A stretch of 64,000 nucleotides of DNA, from NCBI RefSeq assembly GCF_964194155.1, contig NC_135884.1:73408001-73472000 (forward strand). Reading direction: 5' to 3'. Positions 23,611 through 36,390 of this stretch are shown here, piece after piece. Position numbers and translations under genes: made by a program. The notes beneath the pieces were generated by a model. The model was given only the letters and a program-made list of their open reading frames with translations, searched no databases and was not told the origin of the DNA. Positions within the stretch are counted from its first letter, which is position 1. Every line of letters begins with the position of its first letter. This DNA comes from Cetorhinus maximus. Lineage: Eukaryota.

Positions 23611-25682
23611 CTGTACTGCATGGCCGGTCGATCCTCTGTTGCCCTTTTGTGACTCTGCTGAAGGTGAATTTCACTCCTAAACACCCAGCTGCACTTTTTA
23701 AAGCTTTGCTCTTAGGGTGTGGGCAGTATATTTGCAAAGTTACAATTATTGCTTGTCCCATCCCTTATTGGCTTGAGTTTTTTTTTAATAAATCCCAGCA
23801 TGCTGGTACTTATTGCCTGTACTGTACAGTTAGAGTCACTGAGTGGGAATAGTAAGTGCCATTGCCTTGAAGGACATTTGTCAACAAGCTCAGATTTTTA
23901 ATGGAATTCTTGTATCTGGTGCTAAAATCACAAATGACCTGCTTTGGAATTTAAAGTCATACCTAGTCACAGTGGGATTTAAGTAAAGTAATTTCTTCTC
24001 ATCTCAGTCCTAAATGACTGGCCCCTTGTCCTGAGACTGATCAACCTCTAGATTGTCACTACACTAGAGCCCTTCTCACCAGTAATAATATTCAACATTG
24101 ACATTGGGACAATAACATCGACCGCTGAAATGTGTGATTCAGAGCTAAGTAGTATCAGAGTGTGATCATTCTTCACGGAGAATTACAAACCTTGTATGTA
24201 TTTCAATAAAGTCGGATTTTTATTCCCATAAAATTGCCATGGGCTTGGTTGATTTGACATGTTCTTCGCTGTAAACAAATTATGGAGCAGGAGCCAGGGC
24301 TGACAGCTCTCATCCTAAGCAGAGCAACACTTGGGAGTGGCCTTTCCTGTGGAAGACGGTGGGAAGAGCTGTTGGGAGGTTAGAAGATTGTGAAAGGGGC
24401 TTAAAAGTTTGGGAGCTGCTCACCTCTCTCCAGTGTTCAGAGAATGGCAGAAACTTGGAGATGATTCTCATCTTTAACACCCAGACATTAAACATGGGCT
24501 GTAACAGAAAACAGAGAGGAGGATCTGGTGGCTTCTGTAAGGGGTGTGTGATCAGCCCAGGTGATGCTACTTATTGCCAAGTCAAAAATCAACCTGGCAT
24601 AATCAAGGTAAGGAAATAGATCAGGGAGTACAGAGAGAATTTAGTTTGTGAGAATGGGGATGACCATCCTCTGAGGTAAAACTGTGGAGCTTCTGGATCC
24701 AGTGATATCATGTTTAATAAATGATAAATCAAGCTAAGTGGGGTAATTTGGTGCACAAGTTGGATAAATTAAGGAAGTTTGATCCAAAATATGTCCGTGA
24801 TCATTGAAAGACAGTCCAAGGGAAGGGATTAGACAAATAACTGATCTGCGAAACTGGATTCTCATCATTCCCCAGATTTCTAATTGAACAGCAATAGAAA
24901 TGGTTGCAGTTTGTGGAAATAAACCAGATGCAATGAAAGGCCTGGAAAACAGTTTTAATTCTCCCTGGAAAAGGCAGGAGCGACAAGGGGACTGACTGTC
25001 TCTAACCAATGGTAGTGGAGGGGATTATCTGCAAAAATAATCTACCAATAAAACTGAAATATAAAGCAGTCATGAGCAGTCAGGCTGAAAGTGGATGTGA
25101 GTAAGTGGGTGCAGAGTTCAGTCCTGTTGCCTCCCAGTTCCAACAGCATGCAGCTCCTTCATGTCTTTCACCTTGTGCTGTCGACACTTCCATTTAGTTG
25201 ATCATTAACTGAAAAGCATTTCTTCTTTCATGGGATTAGCTCCAAAGGTTATCCTCTCCTAGGCAGATATGTGATTTTTTTCATAAGTCCCTTAATATTC
25301 CACAGTTTTTTTCACAGTGACATTCTCATTGATCTGATACACAATGTTACAGTAATCTGTAACATTCCACTGCTTTATTAAGTATATAGTAATCCTTAAA
25401 ACTGTCATGACCGGGATGGGAGGAGTGCATAAATTATTAAGCCCCAGTACTCCACAAACTATACCATTGGTTTAAATATTTAATTTTCCAACTGAAATGG
25501 CCTATTGTGTACCTATACCTCTGGTGCCCAGAAGAAAAGAGACTCTGACCAGGCTTCTTTCAAAATACTCCAAATGAATAATTTATTTAAAACAAAACTT
25601 CTTTTAACAAGTTGCAAGTACTGGTTAACACACAATTGTGATTCGGAAGTCTAACTAACTAACCCTTTTAAACTTCCCCAGA

Positions 25683-26350
25683 ACACACATACACAGATAC
25701 NNNNNNNNNNNNNNNNNNNNNNNNNNNNNNNNNNNNNNNNNNNNNNNNNNNNNNNNNNNNNNNNNNNNNNNNNNNNNNNNNNNNNNNNNNNNNNNNNNNN
25801 NNNNNNNNNNNNNNNNNNNNNNNNNNNNNNNNNNNNNNNNNNNNNNNNNNNNNNNNNNNNNNNNNNNNNNNNNNNNNNNNNNNNNNNNNNNNNNNNNNNN
25901 NNNNNNNNNNNNNNNNNNNNNNNNNNNNNNNNNNNNNNNNNNNNNNNNNNNNNNNNNNNNNNNNNNNNNNNNNNNNNNNNNNNNNNNNNNNNNNNNNNNN
26001 NNNNNNNNNNNNNNNNNNNNNNNNNNNNNNNNNNNNNNNNNNNNNNNNNNNNNNNNNNNNNNNNNNNNNNNNNNNNNNNNNNNNNNNNNNNNNNNNNNNN
26101 NNNNNNNNNNNNNAGCAGACACACAGACACAGGCACACACAGACATACACACACATACACAGATACACATAGACACAGACNNNNNNNNNNNNNNNNNNNN
26201 NNNNNNNNNNNNNNNNNNNNNNNNNNNNNNNNNNNNNNNNNNNNNNNNNNNNNNNNNNNNNNNNNNNNNNNNNNNNNNNNNNNNNNNNNNNNNNNNNNNN
26301 NNNNNNNNNNNNNNNNNNNNNNNNNNNNNNNNNNNAACAAAAGGCACACA
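25683..26350. other. CA-rich compound microsatellite with two N runs (25701-26113, 26181-26335)
   Basis: N blocks of 413 and 155 nt bordered by CACACA/CAGACA sequence. Confidence 0.9.
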
Positions 26351-26761
26351 GGTAGCCTCTGCAGCATTCAACAGATGGAAAGAAAGAAAAATTAAAGTTC
26401 ACGGAGGTTCAATGCTGAAGTTCCCTCACGTGAAGACATGCCACTGGGCCCAGTAGATGCCGGGAAGTTCACCAACAATGCTTCAGCGTGGAGGAGAGTA
26501 TAGCTGGATCAATTCTTCCTGTATCAGCCAGCAAGTCCAATATTATACAAACTACACTCGGATGAGGATTATCTGGCTACAGGTTGGGAACCACACATGG
26601 CTTCACAAAGCAGAAAGGGAGCGAGAGCCAGTCAGTGTAGCCTCCTGTTCTCAGCCTTTCCCCGGCACGACTGAAGGCAAAACCACAGGTCCAAACTTAA
26701 TGTTTGCCTCTCCCATGTGATTGTCTTTTTTTCTTCCAGATTTTCATTAATTAAAGTGCTT

Positions 26762-27190
26762 TGCAAATAAAAACAGAAAATGCTGGAAAATCTCAGCAGG
26801 TCTGACAGCATCTGTGGAGAGAAAGACACAGTTAATGTTTCGAGTCCGTATGACTCTTCTTCAGAGCTAAAGAGAAGTAAAATGTGATGAAATTTATATT
26901 GTTTAAGGGGGGTGGGACAGGTGAAGCTGGATAGAGGGCCAGGGATAGGTGGAGGCAAAGGAGAGATTGTGAAAGATGTCATGAACAAAAGGACAAAGGG
27001 GTGTTAATGTCAGTGCTACTGGCTAAAGGAGGTGCTGATGGTGGCATTAAGGTAAGAAAGCAGAATGTGATAATAGCAGGACAAGGGTAAGCACTCTGGA
27101 AAGAACAACATGAGCAAGTGACAGATGGCCCTTGTGGGGGTGGGGTGGGGGGAGGGGATGATGGTGGGAAAAAAGATTGAGAATAGGGTT
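26762..27190 (-). mobile_element. Solo Penelope-like pseudo-LTR with a hammerhead motif at 26830-26868
   Basis: Closely similar to 14769-15186. Minus strand CUGAAGAAGAGUCAUACGGACUCGAAACAUU. Confidence 0.85.
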
Positions 27191-29630
27191 TCCAGATCAT
27201 CTTGGAATTGCAAAGCTGCTTTTTCTCTACTGCAAACCGTCTTCTTAACCCTGTCTGCCCTGGGCCCTCCACCTTAACCTCCAACTGTGAGCAACTCATG
27301 ACTTCTTTGTCACTAAGACTGAGACCATATTTCAGCTACCTCTGCGGCTCTCCTCCCTTTCCCTAGCCCACTCGGTCAAACTTCCCCTAATGTTCCCCCT
27401 GCTGTGACCCTGAACTCATATATTTCCCTATTTTCTCTCCTACTTCACATCATGCTTTCTCTAAACTCCATGAGACCTAACCTCGGTCTCTTGGCTCATC
27501 TCCAGCCTCTCTTTCCTCTGCAAAGCCCGTAAATGTGTTGTTTCTCAGATTGGTGCCCACCTATCCCATATATCCATGTTTGTATCAGTCCAATGAGGTT
27601 CGCACCATCACAGATGTCAGTCTTCAGGCAATTTGATTCACTCCACGTGATATCAAGAAATGGTGGAGCAAAAGTTATGAGTCCTGAGAACATCCTGGCT
27701 GTAATGTTGAAGACTTGTGTTCCAGAACTTGCCACGCCCCTAGCCAAGCTGTTCCAGTACAGCTACAACACTGGCATCTACCCGGGTATGTGGAAAATTG
27801 CCCAGGTATGTCCTGTACACAAAAAGCAGGACAAATCCAACCCGACCAATTACTGCCTCATCATCCTACTCTCGATCATCAGCAAAATGATAGAAGGTGT
27901 TATCAAGCATCACTTATTCTCCAATAAGCTGCTTACCAATGGTCAGTTTGGGTTCCACCAGGGCCACTCAGCTCCTGACCTCATTACAGCCTTGGTTCAA
28001 ACATGGACAAAAGGGCTGAATTCCTGAGGTGAGGTGAAAGTGACTGCCCTTCACATCAAGGCAGCATTTGGCCGAGTGTGGCATCAAGGAGCCCTAGCAA
28101 AACTGGAGTCAAAGGAAATCAGGAGGAAAACTCTCTGCTGGTTGGAATCATAACTAGCACAAAGGAAAATGGTTGTGGTTGTTGGAGGTCAGTCACCTCA
28201 GCTCCAGGACATCACTGCAGGAGGTCCTCAGGGTAGTGAACTAGTCTTCAGCTGCTTCATCAATGACCTTTCCTCTATCAGGAGATCAGAAGTGGGTCTG
28301 TCTCTAATGATTACACAGTGTTCAGTTCCATTTGCAACCCTTTTTTTAATTAATTCATGGGACGTGGGCTTCGCTGCCGAGGCCAGCATTTATTGCCCAT
28401 CCCTAGTTGCCCTTGTGAAGGGTGAGAAGCCATCTTCTTGAACCATTGCAGTCCATGTGCTGTTAATACACCCATGGTGCTGTTGTGGTGGGGGAGTACC
28501 TGCGCTTTAATACAGAGATGATCAAAGAATGGTGATATATTTCTGCTGGTGCATTATTTGGAGGATAACCTGCAGGTGGTGATGTTGATTAGATTTTTCC
28601 CTCATGTTGGTTTTCTCACCATTTGCTGTAAACGCAAATGCAGGTGTTTCTTTCAGGACTTGGCCAGTTCCGTCAGTTGTGGTGCTATTGATGTTGAAGC
28701 TCCCAGAGTACATTCTGCGCCCTTGCCACCCTCAGTGCTTCCTCCAAGTGGTGTTCAACATGGAGGAGCACTGATTCATCAGCTGAGGGAGGACGGTATG
28801 TGGTAATCAGCGGGAGGTTTCATTACCCATGTTTGACCTGATGCCATGAGACTTCATGGGGTCCGGAGTCGATGTTGATAACTCTCAGACCCACTCCCTC
28901 CTGACTTTATGCTCCACTCTGGTAAATTTGTCCTGCAGGTGGGACAGGACAAACCCAGGGATGGTGATGGAGGAATCTAGGACATTGGCCATAAGGTATG
29001 ATTCCGTGAGGATGACTCCTCAGATAATGAAGCAGTCGACATGCGGCAAGTCCTGGGCGACATTCAGGCCATGGCTGATAAGTGGGAAGCAACCTTCATG
29101 CCAGACAAGTGCCAGGCAATGACCATCTCCAATAAGAGAAAGTCCAAAGACTTCATCTTGACAATCAACAGCATTACCATTGCTGAATCCCCCACCACTG
29201 ACATCCTTGGGGCTCACCATTGACCAGAAATCTATTGTGACCGACCACCAGATGCTGTAGTTACAAGAGCAGGCTGGAAGCTGGGAATTCTGTGGCAGCC
29301 ACCAATGGTGGAGCAATTAAAATTGGGAATGCTCAAAAGGCCAGAATTAGATGAACACAGATATCTCAGAGGGTTGTGGGACTGGAGGAGATTACAGCAA
29401 TAGGGAGGGGTGAGGACATGGAGGGATTTGAAAACAAGGATGAGAATTTTAAAATCAAGATGTTACTTGGCTGGGAGCCAATGTAGGTCAGTGAGCACAG
29501 GGTGGCCTGAATATTGGCCAGGTCTTGCCACATGCCAACTGCTTCATTATCCGAGGAGTCATACTTGCCGAATCATACCTTACAGCCAATGTCCATCACC
29601 ATCCCTGGGTATGTCCTGTCCCACTGGAGG
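27190..29630. mobile_element. Cluster of rearranged LINE fragments (L2-like 27190-27520; family B + 27590-28340, - 28340-29015, + 29016-29300; L2 - 29300-29500)
   Basis: WKIAQVCPVHKKQDKSNP.NY and QFGFHQGHSAPDLIT RT motifs; inverted family-B tail at 28340. Confidence 0.75.
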
Positions 29631-30479
29631 TAAAGGGAAGGGCAAGGATGGTACCTTGGGGCAGGTCACTTAAACCTGGTTTCCAGTTTGAGGCCTCCCC
29701 ATTCACTGTGACTCTTTGTTGTGGTTTGGGAAGAAATGTTCTCATCCATTGCTTAGTATTTCCTCAGACTCCATAATGATCTAGTTTGTCTGGTAGTTTT
29801 GAGTAGGGTACATGATCAAAAGCCTTGGAAACATCTAAAATCGCTAGATCTGTAGTGATGCAATTGTCAAGGTTATAGGTTAGATGGTGGATAGTAAGAA
29901 TGAGTTGTGATTCTGTTCATCTGGCTTAGCGAAAGGCATACTGTTCATCGATAAGGATAAAATGCCCTTCAGGATGTCTCATTAGCCAACTATCAATGGT
30001 GTGTTCTGGTCATTTGCAGCAACCGCTAGTAAGCAAAATAGGTTGGTAGTTTGCTGCATTGTTAGGGTATTGGAGAGATGTTAGTGGACAGGTAGCTCTT
30101 ATGTGTTTATGGATTGCTGAAAACTTTACTATAACATATGCAAACTCATTTGCTGCAGTGTTAAGATGGTTTGAGATGTCACCAGGACCATCATATCAAT
30201 AAATGATTCCATATCATGGAAAGCTGGACTACTTTAAATCCGGGCTTCACTTTAGAGATTTGTTGCCACCATTCAAAAATTACAACCCACATTTCAATGT
30301 TCCATCTGTATCAAAGACATATTCTAATTCTGCTGGTGAAATGATCAACTGTTATTACCATTGCCGCCAAGTTAAACCAGAGAAAAGCGATGGTAATAAC
30401 AAGCTAAGTCCACTGAATGCCCAGGGGCGCTGTTCTCCAAGCTCCTCATCCCTAGGCCCATCTTGTTAACTCATTTCAT

Positions 30480-30767
30480 TCCTTGGCGTTGCACGGCTCT
30501 CACTTCCGGTTGGTGCTGGCTGCCGCTGTCCGTCGCTCATTGGTCGATGCTGCATCTCTCCTATTGGCTAAACGTTGCCTCGCCACGCCCTATTCTCACT
30601 TCCTATTGGTCTATACACTGACCGCGTCCTGCTATTGGCTGTTGCCAGGTTACGGCGCGGCCGTAGTGCCACGTCGCCCATGTTTGAGGCCCCGTGGGGG
30701 GGGAGTGGCCGATTTCCCGGGAGCCGGAGGCCGGAGTGGCTGAGAGACATCGGGCCCGGGCTGATCG
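30480..30767 (+). promoter_or_regulatory. GMPPB: GMPPB CpG-island promoter and putative non-coding first exon
   Basis: Local CpG enrichment. ETS motif CACTTCCGG at 30501. Four inverted CCAAT boxes (ATTGG) at 30539, 30563, 30605, 30634. GC box GCCACGCCC at 30582. Strong donor G|GTAAGT at 30767/30768. The coding ATG at 32773 is only 6 nt after an acceptor, so an upstream exon is needed. Confidence 0.8.
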
Positions 30768-30844
30768 GTAAGTGAGTGGCCGGGCTCCGGGCGGCTTGGA
30801 AGGGGAAATCAGCCAGGGGTGGCCCCAGGCCCCGGCCCATCCAC

Positions 30845-32590
30845 AGCTTTTACTAGAATAAAACATCCCGAGGAGCTGCAGTTATGAAGCTAAATGTGAC
30901 ACCGAGACTCATGAGGACATATGACAAAGTTAAATAACCAAGAGCCTGGTCAAAGATACAGATTTTCACAAGTCGGGCGTGGGGTGGAGAGGTTTAGGGA
31001 GGGAATTCCAGAGCTCGGGGCCCCCAGTGGTGGAGCGATTAAAATCGGGGAATGAGAGGGGCGCGGGTATCTCAGAGGGGCGTGGGTATCTCAGAGGGGT
31101 GTGGGTATCTCAGAGGGGTGTGGGTATCATGGGCGGGTATCACAGAGGGGCGCGGGTATCTCAGAGGGGCGTGGGTATCATGGGTGGGTATCACAGAGGG
31201 GCGCGGGTATCTCAGAGGGGCGCGGGTATCTCAGAGGGGCGCGGGTATCTCAGAGGGGCGCGGGTATCTCAGAGGGGCGCGGGTATCTCAGAGGGGCGCG
31301 GGTATCTCAGAGGGGCGCGGGTATCTCAGAGGGGCGCGGGTATCTCAGAGGGGCGCGGGTATCTCAGAGGGGCGCGGGTATCTCAGAGGGGCGCGGGTAT
31401 CTCAGAGGGGCGCGGGTATCTCAGAGGGGCGCGGGTATCTCAGAGGGGCGCGGGTATCTCAGAGGGGCGCGGGTATCTCAGAGGGGCGCGGGTATCATGG
31501 GCGGGTATCACAGGGGCGCGGGTATCGGAGGGGCGCGGGTATCTCGGGCGGGCGCGGGTATCTCGGAGGGGCGCGGGTATCTCGGAGGGGCGCGGGTATC
31601 TCGGAGGGGCGCGGGTATCTCGGAGGGGCGCGGGTATCTCGGAGGGGCGCGGGTATCTCGGAGGGGCGTGGGTATCATGGGCGGGCGCGGGTATCTCAGA
31701 GGGTTGTGGGGCTGGGGGAGATCACAGAGAAAGTGAGGGGGGGCCAGGCCTTGGAGGGATTTGAAAACAAAGCTGAGAAGTTTAAAATTGAGATTAACCA
31801 AGGGCCGGTGTAGATCAGAAAGCACAGGGGTGATGGGGAACATGACTTTGTTACACTAAGGGCACAGGCAGCAGGATTTTGGTTGAGCTCCAGTCTGCAG
31901 AGAGATAATGAGCAACTGTGTGGGAGTGTGTTAGAACAGTCAAGCCTGGAGCTAACAAAGATGTAGATGATCCAAGGCTGGGGTGGAAACAGCCAATACT
32001 ATTGAGGTTGAAGTCGATGGTCTTAATGATGTTGCAGCTCTGTTGCTAGACACTCATCCCAGTGTGAAACACAACACCAAGGTTATGAATGGTCTAGTTC
32101 AGCCTCAGACTGTGGACAGGGAAGGGGATTGAATCAATGGCTAGGTAACAGAGTTTGCAAATGAAGGAAATTCCTGCTCATCCAATACCTGATGTGGGTC
32201 AATCAATTTGTCAAATTAGGGACAGTGGAGAGGTTGAGAGAAACGGTAGAACTGGGTGTCATCTGTGTACATGTTTAAATTAATGTTGTATTTTCTATGA
32301 TGTTGCCAAGGGGCAGCACGTAGATGAGAAATAGGAGGATACAATGTCTCAATGACATTTGCGACTTTGATAAGAGTTGTTTCAGTACTGTAGCAGGGGC
32401 AGAAACCTGATTGTACGGATTCAAGCATGTGGGAATGATGGACAGGATTTGGGAGGTGACAGCATGTTTAAAGATTTTGAAGAGAAAAGGGAGGTTGGAG
32501 ATGGTTTGAAGGAGAGAGGGAACCGTTAACAAAATCAGCCAACATGGGGCCATGTCAGGAAGTTAAGTGCTCAACGGTTTTGTGGGAATG
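30845..32590 (-). mobile_element. L2-type LINE in GMPPB intron 1
   Basis: Minus frames ISNLPFLFKI, ESVQSGFCPCYSTETTLIKV, MYTDDTQFY. 3' end near 30850 resembles the reverse complement of 18840-18990. Confidence 0.8.
31054..31702. repeat. 19-bp CpG-rich minisatellite (GAGGGGCGCGGGTATCTCA) inside the L2
   Basis: Visible periodicity, about 30 units. Confidence 0.97.
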
Positions 32591-32634
32591 TGTTTATTCT
32601 TCCCTTGATTCACTCCCTCCCCTGTTGGTATTGA

Positions 32635-32985
<351 letters not shown>

Positions 32986-33620
32986 TAGCGGCAACATTAT
33001 GCCAATGTGTGACAATGATTGGCTGTGTATAGGGGCAAAGTTCAGGGCAGTGCACCTTCCCAAATTACTCCAACCATTCGATTTTATTTCTTTATTACAT
33101 GAGCTTGTAAACCTTTAACATTGTGCAAATATTATACCTAATAATCTAACTCTCTCTCATATTGGTACCAGCATATTTTGAAGACTATTACAGATATACC
33201 AATATGATTTAATGTTTTCCCTTTCAGCTGAATTGGCACTAATACTGAAGAGACTAGTGACAGTGTTCATTAACACTGAGTTGACAATTCAACAACTCAC
33301 GTTGTTCCTTACCTACCAGTAACAAATCTGCTGTCAGCACTACTTTATCCTCGTGTTGTAAAGTACAACATCGCAGGGCAGAATCTCGAAATGTATTGCT
33401 TGTTCTTAAACAGTTTGATATCCAGATCTGATCAATTTTGCTCACTGTGTTACACTTCAGCTGAAATCCTGAGGATAACAGTACAAGGAGTGTTGTGATA
33501 ATGCATGTATGTGCTTATTGGGAGCATTGTACTAATCAGCCTAAAAGTGCAGTCTGTGGACAGATGGTTCTTGAGCCTCTCTCTTTCCATGGATAACCAC
33601 GTTGTGTCTGTTTTGAGCAG

Positions 33621-33701
33621 GCTGGTGTATCGCATGTGATCCTCGCTGTCAGCTATATGTCAGAGATGTTGGAGAAGGAGATGAAGGAACAGGAGCAGCG
33701 G
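33621..33701 (+). CDS. GMPPB: GMPPB coding exon 2
   Basis: AG|[27 protein letters not shown]|GTAAG, 81 nt. Confidence 0.95.
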
Positions 33702-34419
33702 GTAAGGTGGAAAAGGCTACGGTACTGGACAGGCCTGTCTCCTGCACACTAACTGTTTCTGTGATTGTGCTAGACACAGTGAAAACAGGAGCTAAATTCT
33801 GAATTTTGCAGCTTGATTAAATGCAGGAACAGTTTATTTAACTTGCTTTCAAATTAAGGTTGGCGGAGTTCACTTCCTGTGTCTGATTGGTTCTTTATTG
33901 CTGAACTGCAGGGAAAGAAGGTGGGAAATATTTGGGTGCAGGAGAGAGAAGGGGAAATTAATCTGACATGGTAACCCCACTGAACTGTATAAGGTCACTC
34001 TATTTGAAAGTGAAACAAAGGAGCTGTGTTTTGAATGAAATGGCTAGAAGTTAACTTCAAGTAAATTGAGTGATAGTCGGTGTGGATCCTTTGATGGCTC
34101 ATTGGATAATGGTGCTTTGGGGTGTTGAACCATACATGCTGGAGAGGCTGAAGGTTAAATCACGTAGCCTATCTCAATTTAGCTCTTCTCTGTCGGGAAC
34201 TGCAGTTGGCCTCAGCATGCGTGGGGCAGAGAGATCCAGAGACTCCTGCTGAATGATGAAGATCAATTGGGCTCTGCTGTGGCAATCCTCTCGCTGTTTT
34301 TTAGCCTGCTGGCCCTCACTGTTGAGGGACCTGTGTGAAGGCAGCTGCTTGGGGAAGTACCAGAGGGAATATTTGATTGGAATTACAGAGTCAATGGGTA
34401 AACTTCCCCTCCTGGTCCC

Positions 34420-35830
34420 CATGTTAGCCAATATTGTGAACGATTCTCTCCCTTTAGGTTCTGTTTGCTCTCCTTTAAATCCACCAGTCACCACCCCTCC
34501 TCAAAAAGTTAACCCTTGATCCCACTGTCCTTGCAAATTATCATCCCATCTTCAACCTCTTTCCTTTCCAAAGTCCTTTGCTGCATCCCAAATCTGTTCC
34601 TATCTTTCCCAGAGCTTTTTGAATCCCTCCAATCAGGTTTCTGCTCCTGTGACATCATTATAACAGCTCTTTTCAAAGTCACTAATCACATCCTATGTGA
34701 CTGTGCCAAAGGTAAACTTTCCCTTCTCGTCCTTCTTGACCTGTCTGCAGCCTTTCACATGGTCGACCACACCATCCTCCTCCAACCCCTCTCCACTGTC
34801 ATCCAGCTGTGGGACTGCTCTCACCTGGTTCCATTCTTCTCTGAGTAATTGTATCCAGAGAATCACCTGCTGTGGTTTCTCTACCTGTTCCTACACAGTT
34901 ACCTTTGGTGCCCCTCATGGATCTATCCTTTGCCCCTTCTATCTCTCATCTACAAGGCAGCATCATCTGACACCCAGCTGTACCTCACCATCACCTCTAC
35001 TACTGTCACCAAATGATCAAACTGCTGATCTGACATCCAGTACTGGATGAGCAGAAATTTCCTCCAATTAAAAATTGGGAAGACTGAAGCCATTGTCTTT
35101 GGACCCCACTATAAACTTCATCCATCTTCCTGGAAACAGTTTTAAAACTAAACCAGAAAATTTAGAATCTTGGTGTCACATTTGTGCCCAAGATGAGCTT
35201 CCAACCGCACATCCGCACCACCACCGAGGTCCAACCGCACGTCCGCTCCACCGCCGAGGCCCAAGCGCACGTCCGCTCCACCGCCGAGGCCCAAGCGCAC
35301 GTCCGCTCCACCGCCGAGGCCCAAGCGCACGTCCGCTCCACCGCCGAGGCCCAAGCGCACGTCCGCTCCACCGCCGAGGCCCAAGCGCACGTCCGCTCCA
35401 CCGCCGAGGCCCAAGCGCACGTCCGCTCCACCGCCGAGGCCCAAGCGCACGTCCGCTCCACCGCCGAGGCCCAAGCGCACGTCCGCTCCACCGCCGAGGC
35501 CCAAGCGCACGTCCGCTCCACCGCCGAGGCCCAAGCGCACGTCCGCTCCACCGCCGAGGCCCAAGCGCACGTCCGCTCCACCACCGAGGCCACCTGTTTA
35601 CACCCGCATAACACTGCCTGACTCTGTCCCGCCTCAACTGCTGAAACCCTCTTTCATGCCTTCGTTACCACTAGACTCAATTATTGCAATGCACTCCTGG
35701 CTGCTCTCCCACATTCTACCCTCTGTAAACTTATTCAATACTGTGCCTGCGTCTTAACTAATGCCAGGTCCCATTCCCCATCTCCCCTATGCTCCCTGAT
35801 CTGCATTAGCTCCGGGTAAAACAATACCTC
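34420..35830 (+). mobile_element. L2-type LINE fragment in a GMPPB intron
   Basis: FESLQSGF, LLVLLDLSAAF..VDH.ILL, WMS.NFLQL, L.HAFVT.RL.YCNALL. Confidence 0.85.
35201..35590. repeat. 30-bp CpG-rich minisatellite (CCAAGCGCACGTCCGCTCCACCGCCGAGGC) x13
   Basis: Central ten units identical; outer units diverge toward the L2 sequence. Confidence 0.97.
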
Positions 35831-35834
35831 GGCA

Positions 35835-36155
35835 AGCCCCCACAAAAAACGATATGATAATGACCAGATAATCTGTTTGTAATGTTGGCTGAGGCATAAG
35901 TATTGGCCAAGGCACCGGAGACAATTCCCCACCTCACTTTCAAATAGTGCCATCAGGTCCTTTACATCCACCTAATATGGCAGACGGGCCTTCGGTTTAA
36001 TGTCTCTTCTTAAAGACAGCATTAGCAACAGTGGAGCACTCCCTCAGTACTGCGCTGGAGTGCCTGCCTAGATTATATGCTCAGGTCTCTGGAGTTGTGC
36101 TTGGGCCCACCACCTTCTGTCCCAGAGTTGCGGTGTTGCCAACGGAGCCATGGCT
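35835..36155 (-). mobile_element. DeuSINE-like SINE
   Basis: TATTGGCCA.G.CACCGG, AAATAGTGCCAT, GCACTCCCTCAGTACTGC; similar to 8358-8810. Confidence 0.7.
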
Positions 36156-36341
36156 GCTATGCACAGGTGTAGGTGTTGGGTGAGCACCAGTCCTGGCTGC
36201 TCGGATATCCACCTCTGTCTCTATGCTTGCCTCCGACGAATGCCTACTTGATGGATGAGCCCCCCAGGAACTACAGAAGGAAATATATGTAATTGTGTAT
36301 TCTTCACTAACCCACTATCTTGTGTTCTTTTTTCCCTTCAG

Positions 36342-36390
36342 CTGGGTATTCGTATCTCTCTCTCTCATGAGAAGGAACCTTTAGGAACAG
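36342..36390 (+). CDS. GMPPB: GMPPB coding exon 3
   Basis: Branch point CACTAAC, pyrimidine tract, CAG|LGIRISLSHEKEPLGT(A)|GTAAG, 49 nt. Confidence 0.95.

Noticed and set aside
25651-26402. 238-244 aa ORFs full of X
   Set aside because: They span N runs.
25403-26760. Possible solo LTR starting TGTCATGACC
   Set aside because: No matching right end or TSD found; interrupted by N runs and a PLE fragment.
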